A stretch of 64,000 nt of DNA from Candidatus Acidiferrales bacterium. GTDB taxonomy: Bacteria; Acidobacteriota; Terriglobia; Acidiferrales; UBA7541. Below, piece after piece: positions 29,222 to 37,458 of the stretch. Numbering within the stretch: the first letter of the stretch is position 1; every line of letters begins with the position of its first letter. The translations under genes and the position numbers were made by a program. The stretch spans positions 12,557-76,556 of the forward strand of contig DATLST010000022.1 in the NCBI GenBank assembly GCA_035534055.1, written 5' to 3'. The notes below the pieces were generated by a model, which did not search any database, was not told the origin of the DNA, and worked only from the letters and a program-made list of their open reading frames with translations.

Positions 29222-29689
29222 TCAGTGAGCAGCGCCGGGCTCACCTTGCCGCCCTTGCCGCCGCTTTCCCCTCGGCTGCACGCACAGCCAGTTGCTTGCC
29301 TGGGTGGGATCGCCGTTCCCCGAGTATTTCGAGACCTCCGGGAATGGGCATAGCGGCCGCTGGAAGGCGATCGCAGGGGGTGTGTCGTTTACGTATTTCG
29401 TAGCGATGACCTGATCGGGAGCTTCTCCCTGCGTCACCCAACGGTCGAGCGCGGAAAGAAGATCGTCCGAGTGATCCGACGGATCCGGCCCGTTGGCAAA
29501 ATTCCCGAACACGTTGGCACCGGGGCCACCTCCGCAATGCGCCATCCCGGGCACCATGAACAGGCGATAGAACTCCCCGGTCTCCCGATAGCCGCCGGTC
29601 ACGTTCGCCACCGAGTTGTAGTAGTTGATGTCGTTGTATGGCGAGATGGCGCTGTCAGCCCAACCTACATACTGGATCAGCTTTCCCCC
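29222..29689 (-). pseudogene. C-terminal fragment of a tannase/feruloyl-esterase family gene (N-terminal part, including the nucleophile region, absent)
   Basis: The frame reads GGKLIQYVGWADSAISPYNDINYYNSVANVTGG...FMVPGMAHCGGGPG...RPLCPFPEVSKYSGNGDP. An in-frame stop lies just upstream, with no preceding esterase sequence. Confidence 0.7.
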
Positions 29690-30190
29690 ACGGCTCCGGC
29701 TTCTTGCTCTATCAAACGGCTCATCTCAACGAACGACCAGTTGAGATGACGTGCGAGCATGGCGCCAAGAGTGGTCTTGCCGCCGCCGCGCAGGCCGATC
29801 AGGGCAACTCTCTGACGCCGGTCAGCATGCGCGCCAAACCGAGCGGCGAGCAGCTTGTCCGCTTCGGCCAACTCGGCCGGGGTAAGTCCACGCAACCGCT
29901 CCACCACAAGCTCGTATTCTGCCGCTCTTTTCCGCGCGGTCTCCGACCAGCTCGCCAAGCGGGACATCGATAGCGTCGGCCAACCGAAAGAGCATCAGGA
30001 TCGAGAAGTTGCCGCGGCCGCTCTCGAGGTCGGCCAGGTATCGTTCGGAGATACCAGAATCATGCGCGAGCATTTGCCGCGTCATCCCGTGCCGCGCGCG
30101 CGCATTGCGGACACGCTCGCCCAACACTTTGAGGTAATTGCGCTGGGCAGGAACTCGTCCCGTACCCCTCCTTCCGTTTCGCGGCGTCAT
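29677..30190 (-). pseudogene. XRE-HTH / shikimate-kinase-domain regulator, frameshifted and 3'-truncated
   Basis: HTH LGERVRNARARHGMTRQMLAHDSGISERYLADLESG in one frame. P-loop RVALIGLRGGGKTTLGAMLARHL in another, with the shift near 29950. The kinase domain stops after about 35 residues, where the tannase fragment begins. Confidence 0.7.
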
Positions 30191-30192
30191 CT

Positions 30193-30526
30193 TCCGATAA
30201 TGCGGTACGCTGCAGACCAGTCGCTCGGCTTCAGCTTGAATAAAATCATGAGCCGCCGGAGAAGCTCAAGCGGGCTCGGCAGCGTGGACGACGCACTCGT
30301 ATCATACTGCGGCGCGAAATAGACGCCCACCAGATCCAGGAGCTCGTAGTACGTGCACAGCATCACGAACTCCGTTGGGCTCGGTCGGCATGTAGACGGT
30401 CTCAGGCGGCTCGATGAAAGTTGCGCGAAGATGACTGTCGCCTGAAGCTAGGACATAAGCGGCGAAGGTAAAATCGAACTCCGGATCGACCGTGACCGGC
30501 CCTCGATCGCGACAATCAGGATCCAC
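30193..30526 (-). pseudogene. Unidentified gene remnant (frameshifted, 5'-truncated)
   Basis: Two frames join near 30370 (..FIEPPETVYMPTEP / EFVMLCTYYELLDLVGVYFAPQYD..IIGR). The stop overlaps the XRE gene start as ATGA. No family recognised. Confidence 0.35.
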
Positions 30527-31066
30527 GATTATGGTTGTGGAATCGAATTACCTCAACCGGCCCAAGTAAACATGCATCAGTCCGGCCCAGCTGGAACGGT
30601 GTTGGTTTGAGTTCCGCTCGGGGGGAGTGCGAGGGCGATCCGCCCCTCGCCAGTTCGGCGAGCTGGGTGATTGAGCAATTAACCGGCGCTCTTAAGCGGG
30701 TTCTTGTGGTTGATCGTCAGCGATCTGACGTTTGCTGTGCTCGAGCCTGAAGCTGTCGGCGCTCTGAAATCCTCGACCCGGCGCTAGCTGGCGAAGTTTG
30801 CCGCCGATGCCTCGGCGCGTTGCCCTAAAACCCCGTAGCTTGATCTGCCTGACCATGACCTTTAGGGGAGAATAGCGACACGGCTCGCCCACAAGGACGG
30901 TCGTGGCTGCCATAGCCGGCGGACCACCTCCGGCCCGGAAATTTCTATAGGCAGGGGCTAGAAAGCCAGAGGAGAATCGCTAAAAAGTAACGATAATCTA
31001 AACGAAGTGTTTATTGATAAGAAATATCCACAATAATGGGGCTAAAGGCTTGAATAATCCCTTCCT

Positions 31067-31318
31067 TTGTCCTATTCTGGGACAGATATGCGACGACCAC
31101 GAACGAGAGATGACTCCGAGCCCGAGTTCTACACGGTCGGTCAACTTGCCGAATTGCTGCAGCTCACGCCGATGACCATTTACCGTATGGTCCGGCGAGG
31201 CGAACTAGGCTGTCACGCGCTTGGACGAATAATCCGTTTTCACCGCGACGACGTGGAAACCTTTCTCGAGAAATCCTGGCAGCCGGCTTCGGAATCCAAC
31301 AAGAGCGACCGATCCTGA
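31067..31318 (+). CDS. Excisionase-family helix-turn-helix DNA-binding protein
   Basis: 83 aa. FYTVGQLAELLQLTPMTIYRMVRRGELGCHALGRIIRFHRDDVETFL is the classic Xis/AlpA-type HTH_17 pattern. AT-rich promoter-like DNA upstream. Confidence 0.75.
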   Translation: MSYSGTDMRRPRTRDDSEPEFYTVGQLAELLQLTPMTIYRMVRRGELGCHALGRIIRFHRDDVETFLEKSWQPASESNKSDRS

Positions 31319-31553
31319 GCTTGCGCCGGTCGCTCTGTCGACTCGGCGCTCGACCAATGGAGCAACTGCCGGCTGCGATTTAGCCGGGGTAAGGCTGCGC
31401 CTTGTCTTGGCGCCTTGGTTGCCTCCCAAATGGCGGCCGTTTGGCGGTGCAATGGCGCCAATGACGGGTTCGCAGCTCGGCGCGTACATCGAACCCCCGC
31501 AAGAAGTATCTCCACCATTCCCGCTTTCGCTTCGGCCCAAGAGCCTCCCGAGC

Positions 31554-31964
31554 TTAGAGCGAATTCTCTTCACCGACGGCAACCGAGCCCAGGCCGAGAT
31601 AGCTGAGCAACAGGAAATAGTTCAGTCCATGAGCCTGCGCAGCGGCAAGAATCTGGTTCCTGATCGCGCCCTGGCTGGCACGAACCGGAGAAGTGCTTGT
31701 CTCATCGAAAAACAATTCGTCGTTCACCTCGGGCAGACGGCCGAATTTTTCAAAGAAGATCCCAAACCGGTGGCTGGTGACCCGAATCATCGAGCAGCGG
31801 GCACACAGCGCATCGACACTACAACACGCCTGCTGGCTGCGTTCGCGCCGTTCCGGTGAAATTTCCAAGCGTACTGACTTTTTCATTACATTCCTCACGT
31901 TTCGTCTAGTCTTATCCTTTTCCTCCAAACAAGTTAGTTGAGACGAAGTCTTCAGATCAAACAT
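31554..31964 (-). CDS. Hypothetical protein (weak call)
   Basis: 136-aa ORF with no recognisable motif. It competes with an overlapping + strand ORF (31407..31859), so its coding status is uncertain. Confidence 0.2.
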   Translation of the reverse strand: MFDLKTSSQLTCLEEKDKTRRNVRNVMKKSVRLEISPERRERSQQACCSVDALCARCSMIRVTSHRFGIFFEKFGRLPEVNDELFFDETSTSPVRASQGAIRNQILAAAQAHGLNYFLLLSYLGLGSVAVGEENSL

Positions 31965-32221
31965 ATACGCGTGAATAAAGGTAAATACTGGCTACATTGT
32001 GCTGCAGGTGACCTAAGGGTTGGCGTGGCATCCGGAAAGCCAGCCATTCTTGAGGTAATTGCCTGATTGAATCCAGCCCCGCAAAATCGGGACGATTCGA
32101 AGCTGGAGGATTTCAGCAGCTTGAGCGGGGTCTCGCGGGCGCCTGTCACCGCGAGCGGTCAAGTCCCAATACAGCGCCCATCTTGCAGGCTCGACCAAGC
32201 CGGCGCGGAGTTCCACACCGG

Positions 32222-32524
32222 CTAAGATTTGTTTCGCCTGGACTCCAGGCCTGATTGCTCGGGTGTTTCTGATTGCCCGGAAGTGCTGCCGCCCGCCGCC
32301 ACCCATTGCTTGACGACAAGTGAGTCGAAGCGCAGGTCTCGCCCGACCTTGATAGCGCGCAACTCGCCTTTTTGCACCAGCCTGCGAACGGTGGCTGGAT
32401 TAACCTGAAGGTAATCGGACACCTCGCGTAATCGGAGCATCCTTGCCGGCATTTGCGCGCCTCTAGCCAACCGCTCCACTCGATCTGGCTCGATCATTCG
32501 TGAAGGTTTCGCCGTCTGCGCCAT
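32222..32524 (-). CDS. Excisionase-family helix-turn-helix DNA-binding protein
   Basis: 100 aa. LRLREVSDYLQVNPATVRRLVQKGELRAIKVGRDLRFDSLVVKQWV. Confidence 0.75.
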   Translation of the reverse strand: MAQTAKPSRMIEPDRVERLARGAQMPARMLRLREVSDYLQVNPATVRRLVQKGELRAIKVGRDLRFDSLVVKQWVAAGGSTSGQSETPEQSGLESRRNKS

Positions 32525-32644
32525 CGGCCGCTTGGCCCGTTCGGTAGGCGAGAGGATTCACCAGGGTTCACACGATATTCGCATTTTAACCATAGAACGG
32601 TTTGCTGTGCTGAAAGTAGCGAAATGTCAAAGCGAGCACAAGGG

Positions 32645-32770
32645 TAAAAGCTTAATAAATAGAATAAAAGCTAGTTAAATATACAAATTAATAGCTTTAA
32701 TTTTATTTTTTATCTTTTTTCATCGATTTTCTTGCTTTTTCTAAAGTTTCTACATATGGTTTCATAAAAG
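32645..32770. promoter_or_regulatory. AT-rich island upstream of the EPS export operon
   Basis: About 125 bp of nearly pure A/T in a GC-rich background. Contains taaaagcta ... tagctttaa imperfect inverted repeats 18 bp apart and A/T tracts. Confidence 0.45.
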
Positions 32771-32829
32771 ACGCTCTCACGAAGACTGATGTGTCGGATC
32801 GCGTACTAACCTAACGAACGGAAGATCAC

Positions 32830-33555
32830 GTGAAAACAAAATTATCTGTCATAGCCCTCTTGTGCTGTGCGCAGCTCTCGATGGGTTGTTCGGCCAGCAA
32901 CCGGGGCGCGGCTGACATCAAGGGAGTGTCCACGGCGGCGGTCTTGCCGGGCTGTGAACTTGTCTCGGCAGAGGATCCCTTCCGGACCTATCGGATTGAG
33001 CCTGGCGACCAGCTCAACATCAGTTTCTACCTGAGCCCCGAGTTCAATCAGGTTCTGACAGTTCGGCCCGATGGCGGCATCTCGATGCCGGTGGTCGGCA
33101 ATGTGCGCGCCGAGGGGCGCACGCCGAAGGAGTTCGAGAACGCTCTGGACGAGCTCTATTCCCATGAATTGAAAGATCCGCGGGTTACGGTCCGGCTCGA
33201 TAAGAGTCCGGGGCAAGTGGTTTACGTCGAGGGTCAAGTGGGCAAGCCCGGAGCGGTGCCGCTTCATCCCGGGATGACCGCATTCCAGGCGATTGCCGCG
33301 TCGGGCGGAATGACCGATGCAGCGGGCGCCGGCAAGGTGCTGCTCATCAGACGTGACGCCTGCGGAAACGCGCACGGCGAGCGGCTGAAACTGAACGAAG
33401 TGCTGAACCAGAAGGACAACCAGGAAGACGTGGCATTGCTGCCGGCGGACATCGTGATGGTTCCGCGCAGCGGGATCGCTCAATTCGATCTCAACATGAA
33501 GCAGTACGTGCGCGACGCGATGCCGTTCGAAGTTTTTATGGCGCCGCCATTCTGA
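32830..33555 (+). CDS. Polysaccharide export protein (Wza/EpsE-like, Poly_export + SLBB)
   Basis: GTG start, lipoprotein-like signal (LSMGCSAS). YRIEPGDQLNISFY...VRPDGGISMPVVGNVRAEGRTPKEFENAL motif set. Confidence 0.85.
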   Translation: MKTKLSVIALLCCAQLSMGCSASNRGAADIKGVSTAAVLPGCELVSAEDPFRTYRIEPGDQLNISFYLSPEFNQVLTVRPDGGISMPVVGNVRAEGRTPKEFENALDELYSHELKDPRVTVRLDKSPGQVVYVEGQVGKPGAVPLHPGMTAFQAIAASGGMTDAAGAGKVLLIRRDACGNAHGERLKLNEVLNQKDNQEDVALLPADIVMVPRSGIAQFDLNMKQYVRDAMPFEVFMAPPF

Positions 33556-33573
33556 GCTTGGGAGATCAATCTG

Positions 33574-35088
33574 ATGAAGAACGAAGCTTTGATTCAGTGG
33601 ATAGAGACGATCTTCCGGCGCCGCCGGCTGGCTTTCAGCGTTGGGCTGCTGGTGTTCGGCGTGATCGCGTTGGGCTCGCTGCTGTGGGCGCCGACCTACG
33701 AGTCGGTCGCCGAAATTCTGGTTCAATCCAATCGCGTGCAACTGCTGGTCTCGCCGGGTCTAAAGGAAGACGCGGCCAATCAATCGACCCAGACGGTTCC
33801 GGTGATGGAGCAGGACCTCAACTCCGAAGTTGAGTTGCTGACCAGTCCGAGCCTGATCCAGCAGGCGCTGGCCGGCTTAGGGGCAAGCCGTCCCCGCCGC
33901 GGCGTGATAGCAGGCGCGCGCGGCCTCGCCGCCTGGACATTAAGTCTGCCGACCGAAGTGTATCTGGCGCTGCACGGAGGCCCAGATGCGAATTCGAATC
34001 AGGAAGAGATTCAGAAAATATCGAATCACCTGAGCGCAACCGTCATCAAACGCTCCAACATCATTGAGGTCGAGATTCGTTCGCACGACGCGCTTTGGGC
34101 ACGCGCTTTCCTGGCGCAGTTGATGACCGCGTATCTGGCGCTGCATGGACGGCTGTCGCAGAACCCTCAGGCCGAGGCCTTTTTCCAGGAGCAACGCGAT
34201 CTGCTGAGCCAACGCTTGGAGCAATCGGAAAAAGCCCTGCGGGCCGCGCAATTGCAAACCGGAATCTCTCAATTCAGTGAGCAGCAACAGGCGCTGATAA
34301 ATCAACTTTCCACGGCCGAAGCGAACTATCGCTCAAGCGGCGTGCTGCTCGATTCCAGAATGCAGCAAATCGTCAGCGAGGAAGCCGCACTGAAGCAGAC
34401 TCCGCAGCACCAAATAAAGGAATCGAAGACCGTCCAGAATATTGCGCTGCAGCAATTGAAGCCGCAGATGTTGCTGCTCGAAACCCAGCGCGCCGAACTG
34501 CTGACCCGCTACCAGCCCGGCAGTTCGCGAATCCGCGAGATCGACGCCAAGCTGAAAGCGGGCCATGACCTCCTGACGCGCGAAACACAGCGCGACGTGC
34601 AGGAGGTCACTACCGATATCAACCCCCTCTGGCAGACGCTCGATGGCGAAGTGACCAAGGCGCGGGCCGAGGCCGCAGCGTACAAAGCGGCCCAGACGAC
34701 CCAGGCGGCTCAAGTGGCGGGGCTACGCGACCAACTGCGGACGATGACCAGTGACGGCATCACGATCGAGACGCTCAAACGGCAGGTCGACAGCGATAAG
34801 GAGGCCTATCTGTCTTATGTGCGCAAGGGTGAAGAAGCGCGCGCGGCTGAGGCGCTCAATCAAAGCCGGATTTTCAATGTCAGCGTAGTCCAGGCGCCGA
34901 CCACTCCGATCGCGCAGGTTTCTCCCCGGATCGAACTGAACCTGACCGCCGGGCTGATGCTCGGTTTGATCCTGGCAGTCGCGGTAGCGAAATGGTTGGA
35001 GGAATACGATTCCAAGGTTTGTTCGACCGCTGCGATCCTCAAAGACACCGGGCTGAGCACGGTCGCGATCCTCGACGACAGGTATTAG
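33574..35088 (+). CDS. Polysaccharide chain-length determinant (Wzz/GumC/EpsF-like)
   Basis: N-terminal TM, long coiled-coil periplasmic region, C-terminal TM (LTAGLMLGLILAVAVAKWL). No kinase domain. Confidence 0.8.
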   Translation: MKNEALIQWIETIFRRRRLAFSVGLLVFGVIALGSLLWAPTYESVAEILVQSNRVQLLVSPGLKEDAANQSTQTVPVMEQDLNSEVELLTSPSLIQQALAGLGASRPRRGVIAGARGLAAWTLSLPTEVYLALHGGPDANSNQEEIQKISNHLSATVIKRSNIIEVEIRSHDALWARAFLAQLMTAYLALHGRLSQNPQAEAFFQEQRDLLSQRLEQSEKALRAAQLQTGISQFSEQQQALINQLSTAEANYRSSGVLLDSRMQQIVSEEAALKQTPQHQIKESKTVQNIALQQLKPQMLLLETQRAELLTRYQPGSSRIREIDAKLKAGHDLLTRETQRDVQEVTTDINPLWQTLDGEVTKARAEAAAYKAAQTTQAAQVAGLRDQLRTMTSDGITIETLKRQVDSDKEAYLSYVRKGEEARAAEALNQSRIFNVSVVQAPTTPIAQVSPRIELNLTAGLMLGLILAVAVAKWLEEYDSKVCSTAAILKDTGLSTVAILDDRY

Positions 35089-35093
35089 CCGAT

Positions 35094-36668
35094 ATGTACT
35101 ACCAACATTTTGGGTTGAGCGGCGCTCCCTTTGAATTCAATCCGTCGGTATCGGCGCTATTCATGAGCGCCGGCCATCGCGAGGGACTGGCGGCACTCGA
35201 GTGGGGCCTCCTTGAGCCGAGCGGCTTTACCATGTTGGTCGGCGAAATCGGGACCGGTAAGACCACGCTCATCTACTCGCTGCTGGCGACTCAGCATGGG
35301 GGAGTCCGCACCGTGTGGCTGGCGAATCCGCGCCTCAGCTTCGAGCAGATGCTGCGCCAGATCCTGGGTCAACTCGGGGCCAGCCAATCAGAGACCTCGG
35401 ATAAGCTGACGTTGCTGCAGGCCTTCGACGCCCAGCTGGCAAGCCTCGGCCGGGATGAATGCATCGCGGTGATTCTCGACGAGGCGCAGGACCTGAGCGA
35501 CGACGCGCTCGAGGATCTGCGACTGCTGTCCAACTTTCAAGCGCTCGAGCGCCGACGGCTGCAGATAGTCCTGGTGGGCCAAATCGATCTCGTCAAGCGG
35601 CTGGCCGGGCCGCAACTGCGCCAACTGGATCAGCGGATCGGAGCGCGCGCGTTACTGCCGACTCTGGCGCGCAGCGAGATCCACGACTACCTCGACTACC
35701 GTCTGCGCTCGCGCGGCGGAGATGTCGAGAGGCTGTTCACGCGCGGGGCGATCCGGGAACTCGCGCGCGCCAGCGCCGGGATACCGCGGCGGATCAACAT
35801 TCTATGCCATAACGCGCTGTTGCTGGCCTACGCGCAGGAAAAGTCCTGTGTCACCGCGCAAAATGTGCGGGACGCCGCCCACGACTATGACCACCTGTTG
35901 GTAAGCAGGGCATCCGTCCCCGCGAAGATGGCGACATCCGCGAGCGCGGCGCTGCCGTCGGCGCGCGAGTCAATGCGATTGGCGGGTGCGAGGTTGCGGC
36001 GGATGGCGACGACGGTGGCCACGATGGGGCCGGCGATGCGCTCGGTCACGGCCGTGACCGCAGGCACCTTGGCGGCGCTGGGTTTGCTGGGCATCGCGGT
36101 ACTCGGATTTTCCGCGCTGCGGCCGGAGCGCGCCAATCTGCCCGCGCTGGCTGCGCCATTCGCGCCGCAATCCGCCCGACAGCCAACGTCAATCCTGGTT
36201 GAGCGGTCTCCGGCACCGTTCCCGAATAAATCATATGGGACCGCGACTCCGCCGCCGAAGACGGCGGGCTTAGCGCAGGGCGACACTCACGACCGTTCCG
36301 CCGCAAGCGCGAACGAAGCGATAATGAGCGGCCCGGCCAAGGGCTCCTCAACAATCCACTACCCGGTTCCAAACAAACAACAATCTGAATTAAGCGGCGC
36401 GACGGATACCAAGTCCGCGAAGCCGTCGTCATCTGCACATATTGCTGCAGCTGCCGAAGCTCCGGTGGAAGCAAAGCCCACGGTGACGCGGCCGGGCCGG
36501 ACGGTAGTGGTCAGAGCCGGCGATACGCTCAGCAAAATAGCGACGAGGCTTTACGGTTCATTCGGAAGCGATGAACTCAGCCGTTTGACCGCAGCGAATC
36601 CGCAAATCACAAACGCCGACCTGATCTATCCCGGTCAGTCGATTCACGTGCAACGCGCCGACAAATGA
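35094..36668 (+). CDS. ExeA-like AAA ATPase with C-terminal LysM domain
   Basis: Start MYYQHFGLSGAPFEFNP (typical ExeA/GspA N-terminus). Walker A GEIGTGKTTLIYSLL. Walker B VILDEAQ. TM segment. Ala/Pro-rich linker. LysM VVVRAGDTLSKIATRLYG...ADLIYPGQSIHV. Confidence 0.8.
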   Translation: MYYQHFGLSGAPFEFNPSVSALFMSAGHREGLAALEWGLLEPSGFTMLVGEIGTGKTTLIYSLLATQHGGVRTVWLANPRLSFEQMLRQILGQLGASQSETSDKLTLLQAFDAQLASLGRDECIAVILDEAQDLSDDALEDLRLLSNFQALERRRLQIVLVGQIDLVKRLAGPQLRQLDQRIGARALLPTLARSEIHDYLDYRLRSRGGDVERLFTRGAIRELARASAGIPRRINILCHNALLLAYAQEKSCVTAQNVRDAAHDYDHLLVSRASVPAKMATSASAALPSARESMRLAGARLRRMATTVATMGPAMRSVTAVTAGTLAALGLLGIAVLGFSALRPERANLPALAAPFAPQSARQPTSILVERSPAPFPNKSYGTATPPPKTAGLAQGDTHDRSAASANEAIMSGPAKGSSTIHYPVPNKQQSELSGATDTKSAKPSSSAHIAAAAEAPVEAKPTVTRPGRTVVVRAGDTLSKIATRLYGSFGSDELSRLTAANPQITNADLIYPGQSIHVQRADK

Positions 36669-36690
36669 CCGTTCAGGGGTATCAACAACA

Positions 36691-37455
36691 ATGAGTAAAT
36701 ATTTCCAAGCAATGGAGCGTCGCAAGACGGGATTCGTCGCCTACGCGGATTCCAGAGCCAAGCCGCTGGCCGAGGCGGTCGCGCCTAAAACCCCGATCGC
36801 ATTGGCTCCCGTCCTGGAGCCACAAGGGCTGGTCGAGGCGCTGGCGCGCAGCCGCTCGCTCTGCAACCTGAGCGAGCAGTTGGCGGCGACCAGCGCACAC
36901 AACGGTTCGGCACGAATACTGATGGCGGGGTGCAGGCCGGGCGACGGTGTATCCACCATAGCCGCCGCGATGGCGCTCGACATGAGTCAACGGCTGGCGG
37001 CACGTACCGTTCTGGTCCAAGGGCAGCCGCAGGGGGCGTCGATGCATCCCCTTTTCGGGCGCGCCAGCGCGCCATCTCCGGTAACCGTCGCCGGCACCTC
37101 GGTCGCTGTGCGGGGGACGGGATGGCCGCGGCTTGAGACCGCACGGCCGGAGCAGATGTCGCTGTCTGAGCAACCGGTACGTTTGGTCGAAGACCTGGAA
37201 GAATTGCTGGCGCGCTATCGATTGGCGGTCATCGACCTCGGCGTGGTTCGTCTCGATCCACGAATGCTCGCGTTGGCCCGGCCACACGATCCGATCCTGG
37301 TTGTGGTGCGGTATCTCAGTACGGATCGGGAGGAAATGATCGCTACGACAAATGTTTTACGCAACACCGGTCATCCCGTCTCGGGGATGATTCTGAATGC
37401 ATACCAATCACCGCTGCCGTCACTGGTGAAGCGGTTTATGGGAATGGAGGCTTAG
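36691..37455 (+). CDS. BY-kinase/MinD-like P-loop protein with degenerate Walker A (EpsG-like pseudokinase)
   Basis: MAGCRPGDGVSTIAAAMALDM aligns to the GxGEGKS(T/F) P-loop but has V in place of the catalytic K. Walker B-like LAVIDLG. No C-terminal Tyr cluster. Confidence 0.6.
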   Translation: MSKYFQAMERRKTGFVAYADSRAKPLAEAVAPKTPIALAPVLEPQGLVEALARSRSLCNLSEQLAATSAHNGSARILMAGCRPGDGVSTIAAAMALDMSQRLAARTVLVQGQPQGASMHPLFGRASAPSPVTVAGTSVAVRGTGWPRLETARPEQMSLSEQPVRLVEDLEELLARYRLAVIDLGVVRLDPRMLALARPHDPILVVVRYLSTDREEMIATTNVLRNTGHPVSGMILNAYQSPLPSLVKRFMGMEA

Positions 37456-37458
37456 GTA

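Noticed and set aside
30535-30913. Possible transposase or HTH remnant (minus-strand frames reading ..CSITQLAELARGG.. and ..MVRQIKLRGFRATRRGIGGKLRQL..).
   Set aside because: The fragments are short, lie in different frames and show only vague HTH-like character, which is not enough to call a mobile-element gene.
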